Below are positions 49,393 through 53,537 of a stretch of DNA of 53,537 bases, piece after piece. This DNA comes from Nostoc sp. DedSLP01 (lineage in GTDB: Bacteria; Cyanobacteriota; Cyanobacteriia; Cyanobacteriales; Nostocaceae): positions 1-53,537 of the forward strand of contig JAVRCJ020000046.1 of assembly GCA_034530875.2 (NCBI GenBank), given 5' to 3'. Made by a program: the position numbers and the translations under genes. The notes under the pieces were generated by a model, which saw only the letters and a program-made list of their open reading frames with translations, ran no database searches and was not told the DNA's origin. Numbering within the stretch: the first letter of the stretch is position 1; every line of letters starts with the position of its first letter.

Positions 49393-50592
49393 TCACAAAG
49401 AAACGGTATTTAATTCTAATGGCAAAATTACTGTAAATTTAGAGCCTTTTCCTAGCTGTGAATTTACTCTAATTTCGCCATGCATTAACTGAACGAATCG
49501 ATAGACTATTGCTAAACCTAATCCCGTACCATCAGTACTTTGGATTTGAGGATCGCTGACGGCACGAAAATAGGGATTGAAGATTTGTGTTTGAGCTTCT
49601 GGGGAGATCCCAACACCACTATCGGTAACAGAGATAGCCCACTGCTGTTCGGATTCTATCCAGCACTCTAAACAAATAGAACCTGTTTGTGTATAACGAA
49701 TTGCATTACTGAGCAGATTGGTAAGAATTTGCTGAAGCCGTAGCGGATCTGTAATCGCTTGCTTGGGAGCGCGATCGCAATCTACTATTAAAGATAATTC
49801 TTTGGTACGCGCTAGCGGCTCAACCATTTCTATAACTAAGTCGATGAGATCGCGCACATCAGTGAGAGTCGGCTGTAATACTATTTGTCCGGCATCATAA
49901 CGCGACATTTCGAGAGTATCGTTGATTAAACGGACAATCAGCCTACCACTCTTAAGCACTCGCTCGATACTTTCAAGATTTGTATATGAGTCTTTTAGTT
50001 CTGGTTGTTGACGCTGCTGGCGTAAAAATAAATCTGCGTAACCAATGATTGAAGTTAGGGGCGTTTTCAGTTCGTGAGCCAACTGAGATAAACTTTCTTT
50101 ACTGGCACGAACTAAACGAGTTAGTTCTTGGTTAGTCAACCGCAGCTGACTTTGCAGTTGTTTAAACTCTTGTATTCGCCCTTCTGTGTAACTTTGAAAA
50201 CACCGAGCGATCGCTTCATCTACAATGGTATCAATCAGCCGCACCGCCCGTAATACCTCTTGCACAGGTGCATTTAAAAAATCTTTTTCTAATTGAGAAA
50301 AAATTACCAACCGTAGTAAACGATACTCTCGTGCAATTTCTGCTGGTTCAAATCCCTGTTCCGCACGAAGGGTGCCATGTTCCAGACTTGCATCTACTAC
50401 TGTCTGTAAATCGCTAGTTGTTGATTCAGAAAGTACTGTTGCTAATGCTTTTAAAATCCGGGGTAAGCTATCTCGTACAGCATTAAAAGTTAGCTCTTTT
50501 GTAGCTTCAATTTGTTCATCTTGATAAACTTTTTTTACCCATTGTTCAACAATGGTATCACTTTTCTCAAGTAGAATTTGACTAAAATCCAT
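49393..50592 (-). CDS. Histidine kinase with an N-terminal RsbRD-like domain
   Basis: HG..R..QGF…EY N-domain; HELKTPL, NLLSNAI, DSGVG, GTGLGL. Confidence 0.9.
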   Translation of the reverse strand: MDFSQILLEKSDTIVEQWVKKVYQDEQIEATKELTFNAVRDSLPRILKALATVLSESTTSDLQTVVDASLEHGTLRAEQGFEPAEIAREYRLLRLVIFSQLEKDFLNAPVQEVLRAVRLIDTIVDEAIARCFQSYTEGRIQEFKQLQSQLRLTNQELTRLVRASKESLSQLAHELKTPLTSIIGYADLFLRQQRQQPELKDSYTNLESIERVLKSGRLIVRLINDTLEMSRYDAGQIVLQPTLTDVRDLIDLVIEMVEPLARTKELSLIVDCDRAPKQAITDPLRLQQILTNLLSNAIRYTQTGSICLECWIESEQQWAISVTDSGVGISPEAQTQIFNPYFRAVSDPQIQSTDGTGLGLAIVYRFVQLMHGEIRVNSQLGKGSKFTVILPLELNTVSL

Positions 50593-50958
50593 CTTTCGCT
50601 CAATCCAAGATAGTAAGCGTGAAGCCCCTTGTGCTAAAGCTAGCTTAGTGCTTTTAAGGTAACCTTGGCAACAGATGAAAGATGGAAGTTAATGAAAATC
50701 CTAGATGATGCTTAATTCAATGAGTTAGCTTACAGAACAGAACAGAGGTATCTAAATTAGTCTTACAATCAACCAAATTCACCAAAAATTTTGTGCTTGT
50801 TCCAGAGCGTCGCTAAAGGTAGTATTGTTTGGCAAGCAGAGTAAAGTCTTGAAAACAAACTCTATCAAGATTTATACACTCTATATTAATTACGAATTAC
50901 GAATTAGTGTTAGATGTTCGTTATCTAGATTTATAGAATTTACCGAACCAATAATTAG

Positions 50959-51642
50959 ATGCATAACTATATAAGGAGAATGGGAAACAATGGCAAGATG
51001 AGAAGAGAATTTCACCCCAGTACCTCAGCAATCCCCATGCGCGATCGTTATCGATATATTATTTTTTACAAACCCTATGGAGTTCTCAGCCAGTTTACAA
51101 AAGAGACTCCTACGCATAGTACTCTCAAAGATTATATTGATGTGCCTGATGTATATCCTGTAGGACGCTTAGACTGGGATAGTGAAGGTTTACTACTGTT
51201 AACCAATGACGGACAATTACAACATCGCCTCGCTCATCCGCGCTTTGCTCATAAACGCACTTATTGGGTACAAGTAGAACGAATTCCTGATACAGAGGCG
51301 ATAACAAAGTTGCAAACAGGTGTAGAAATTCAAGATTACCGCACTCAGCCAGCAGAAGTTAGGCTTTTATCAGAAGAACCACAGCTACTGGAACGCAACC
51401 CACCAATTAGATTTCGTAAAAATGTACCGACGGCTTGGTTAGAAATGACTTTAACAGAGGGAAAAAACCGCCAAGTACGGCGTATGACTGCGGCTGTGGG
51501 ATTTCCAACTTTGCGATTGGTCAGAGTCAGTATCGCCCACTTACAATTAAACGATCTACAACCAGGTCAATGGCGCGACCTCACTGCATCTGAACTGAAT
51601 CTGCATAATTTCAGTAAATCAAAAAGCTTTCGCCAAAAATAA
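50959..51642 (+). CDS. rluE: rRNA pseudouridine synthase, RluE-like (start may be downstream)
   Basis: [29 protein letters not shown]. Confidence 0.88.
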   Translation: MHNYIRRMGNNGKMRREFHPSTSAIPMRDRYRYIIFYKPYGVLSQFTKETPTHSTLKDYIDVPDVYPVGRLDWDSEGLLLLTNDGQLQHRLAHPRFAHKRTYWVQVERIPDTEAITKLQTGVEIQDYRTQPAEVRLLSEEPQLLERNPPIRFRKNVPTAWLEMTLTEGKNRQVRRMTAAVGFPTLRLVRVSIAHLQLNDLQPGQWRDLTASELNLHNFSKSKSFRQK

Positions 51643-51843
51643 AAACCAACTTTTTACAGCATTGCTAATTTTGCTGAAATGTTTGTGTCCCTTAGATTTT
51701 CGTATAAAATACACTAAATTTATCTGATTCTCGTATTTTAATTAGCAGTAGCTTCTTCAGCTTGCTACTATTAGTAGCAACTTACAATTAATATACGTAT
51801 GCAAACTATTCATAACCGTAAATTTACAGGCGGAGACTAAACG

Positions 51844-53265
51844 TTGGCAAAATTGCAAGCACAACCTCTGGTTTTGTCAGACTCTCAAAAAAATTGGGTT
51901 TTACTTGGTGTCGGACTTGGGGTTTTCATGTCTACGCTAGATGTGGGTATCATCAATGTTGCTTTACCTACCTTAGTAGAAGCCTTTGATACCACTTTTC
52001 CCATAACTCAATGGGCTGTATTGAGTTATCAGTTGGTCAGTTCTGGTTTAGTGTTGGGAGCAACGCGTCTGGGGGATATGTGGGGCAAGAAGTCCTTATA
52101 TCAAGGAGGACTTGTTTTGTTTACTTTCAGTTCGCTGTTGTGTGGCCTTGCACCTGGTATTGAGTGGTTAATTGGTTTTCGGGCACTTCAAGGACTAGGT
52201 GCTGTGTTTATTTCTGGGCTTGGTTTAGCAATTATTACAGAAGTTTTTCCATCTTCCGAACGAGGCCGAGCTGTAGGCATTATCGGTAGTGTAGTCTCAC
52301 TCGGTATTGCTTTCGGGCCTTCGGCTGGCGGATTATTGCTGGGTTGGTTAGGGTGGCATAGTATATTTTTAATCAATGTACCGCTAGGGATCGTAGCTAG
52401 TTTCTTAGTAGCTCGTGTGGTGCCACCTTCTATACGGATTGAGGGAAAACAGAAATTCGATTTTTTTGGGGCAATATTAGCTTTATTAACTTTAGGCAGT
52501 TTTGGGCTGGGTATGACACTAGGTCAAAGCCTTGGCTTTAGTAATATCAATGCATTGATGTTACTAGCGATCGCAGCCCTGAGTTTGACAATTTTTTTGG
52601 TAGTTCAAATGAAGATACAACAGCCACTACTAGAACTGCACCTATTCCGTAATCTTCAGTTGAGTATGAGCCTGCTAAGTGGCTGGTTAGCGTTCATCGT
52701 CATTGGGGGTTCGCTACTGATCGTCCCATTTTTTCTGGAGGGAGTAAAGCAATATCCGACAGCCAAAGTAGGATTGCTACTAGCGGTGTCGCCTGTACTT
52801 AGTGGTTTGATTGCACCCTTGGCTGGAACACTTGCAGATCGGTTTGGTACTCAACTAATTAGTTCGATTGGGTTGGGGTTGATGATTGGCGGGTGTTTGG
52901 GAATTAGTACCTTTGATGCGGAACTTACTGAGCTAGGCTATATATCCCGCTATTTTATTTACGGTATTGGATTGGGTTTATTCCAATCCCCTAACAACAG
53001 TGCTGTAATGGGAGCAGTACCACGGGAGCGTCTAGGGATTGCCTCTGGATTGTTATCTTTGTCACGCACCTCAGGTAATACTGTAGGAGTTTCTCTGTTC
53101 GGAGCACTATTTGGAGGATTAATCGCTACTATGGCTGCGGGTGCAGATGTGTCTGCTGCTCCTGCTGAAGCGATCGTTGTCGGATTCCAAGGAACTTTTC
53201 GCTTTGCAGCTCTAATACTATGTGCAGCAGCAATTGCATCTATTTTTAGGTTAAGCAAGAGATAA
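51844..53265 (+). CDS. MFS drug/H+ antiporter (DHA2, EmrB/QacA-like)
   Basis: LD..IINVALP, RLGDMWG, RALQGLG, IFLINVP; about 14 TM. Confidence 0.92.
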   Translation: MAKLQAQPLVLSDSQKNWVLLGVGLGVFMSTLDVGIINVALPTLVEAFDTTFPITQWAVLSYQLVSSGLVLGATRLGDMWGKKSLYQGGLVLFTFSSLLCGLAPGIEWLIGFRALQGLGAVFISGLGLAIITEVFPSSERGRAVGIIGSVVSLGIAFGPSAGGLLLGWLGWHSIFLINVPLGIVASFLVARVVPPSIRIEGKQKFDFFGAILALLTLGSFGLGMTLGQSLGFSNINALMLLAIAALSLTIFLVVQMKIQQPLLELHLFRNLQLSMSLLSGWLAFIVIGGSLLIVPFFLEGVKQYPTAKVGLLLAVSPVLSGLIAPLAGTLADRFGTQLISSIGLGLMIGGCLGISTFDAELTELGYISRYFIYGIGLGLFQSPNNSAVMGAVPRERLGIASGLLSLSRTSGNTVGVSLFGALFGGLIATMAAGADVSAAPAEAIVVGFQGTFRFAALILCAAAIASIFRLSKR

Positions 53266-53462
53266 GAGAGTAAGGAGATGGAGAAGCAGAGGGAGCAGAG
53301 AAAGTGATTTGTATAGCAGGAGGCAGGAGGTAAAAGTATTACTATTCTTCGCATTCAAGCTTTTCAAATGTTCTAACCTATATGACTACAGCTATATCAG
53401 TAATTTTTTGAATTGGTATAAAAACAATGCATAGGCTTTCATTCCGATTTTAAATTTGCACT

Positions 53463-53494
53463 AAAAAGCGCCCCCCTTGCGGAGAGCGCTTTTT
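53463..53494. terminator. Bidirectional intrinsic terminator (mirror of 44-75)
   Basis: Reverse complement of 44-75. Confidence 0.85.
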
Positions 53495-53518
53495 ATTTTA
53501 CTTGACCTAATCTAACGA

Positions 53519-53537
53519 TTAGCCATTGATAGCAGGA
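53519..53537 (-). CDS. psbA: 3' fragment of a second psbA copy
   Basis: Minus strand reads PAING*, identical to 1-19. Confidence 0.75.

Noticed and set aside
1..53537. Giant transposon or linear plasmid/phage with terminal inverted repeats
   Set aside because: The repeat encodes the psbA C-terminus and terminator and its length equals a common assembler k-mer; no transposase, terminal protein, protelomerase or replication gene is present.

Overview
A 53.5-kb chromosomal segment from a filamentous, probably heterocyst-forming cyanobacterium (frequent HIP1 GCGATCGC sites, heptameric STRR-type repeats, REP/MITE-like elements). Both ends carry the same 77 bp in inverted orientation. This reads as the 3' end of psbA (..PAING*) plus its terminator, so the window is most likely an assembly contig running between two convergent psbA copies. 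The left 15 kb is a partial extracellular contractile injection system (eCIS/Afp-like) locus: cap, sheath, two tubes, two tail-assembly chaperones and a DUF6760-like frame. It is embedded in signalling genes: an FHA/dead-MgsA protein, a CHASE2 Ser/Thr kinase, a two-component pair, a pseudokinase-PstS fusion and a Zn-ribbon FHA protein. The chaperone/DUF6760 junction shows a candidate phage G/GT-type -1 ribosomal frameshift. Next comes a MITE-bracketed KamA/SET/ATP-grasp cluster beside a MATE exporter, then a decaying accessory region (Uma2 nucleases, Mrr-like nuclease plus TOPRIM-like pair, TA modules, RHH duplicates). The rest is mostly ordinary genes: phosphoketolase, Hsp20, type IA topoisomerase, RND pump, MocR regulator, RluE, MFS. 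All family assignments come from motif recognition by eye, not from database searches.
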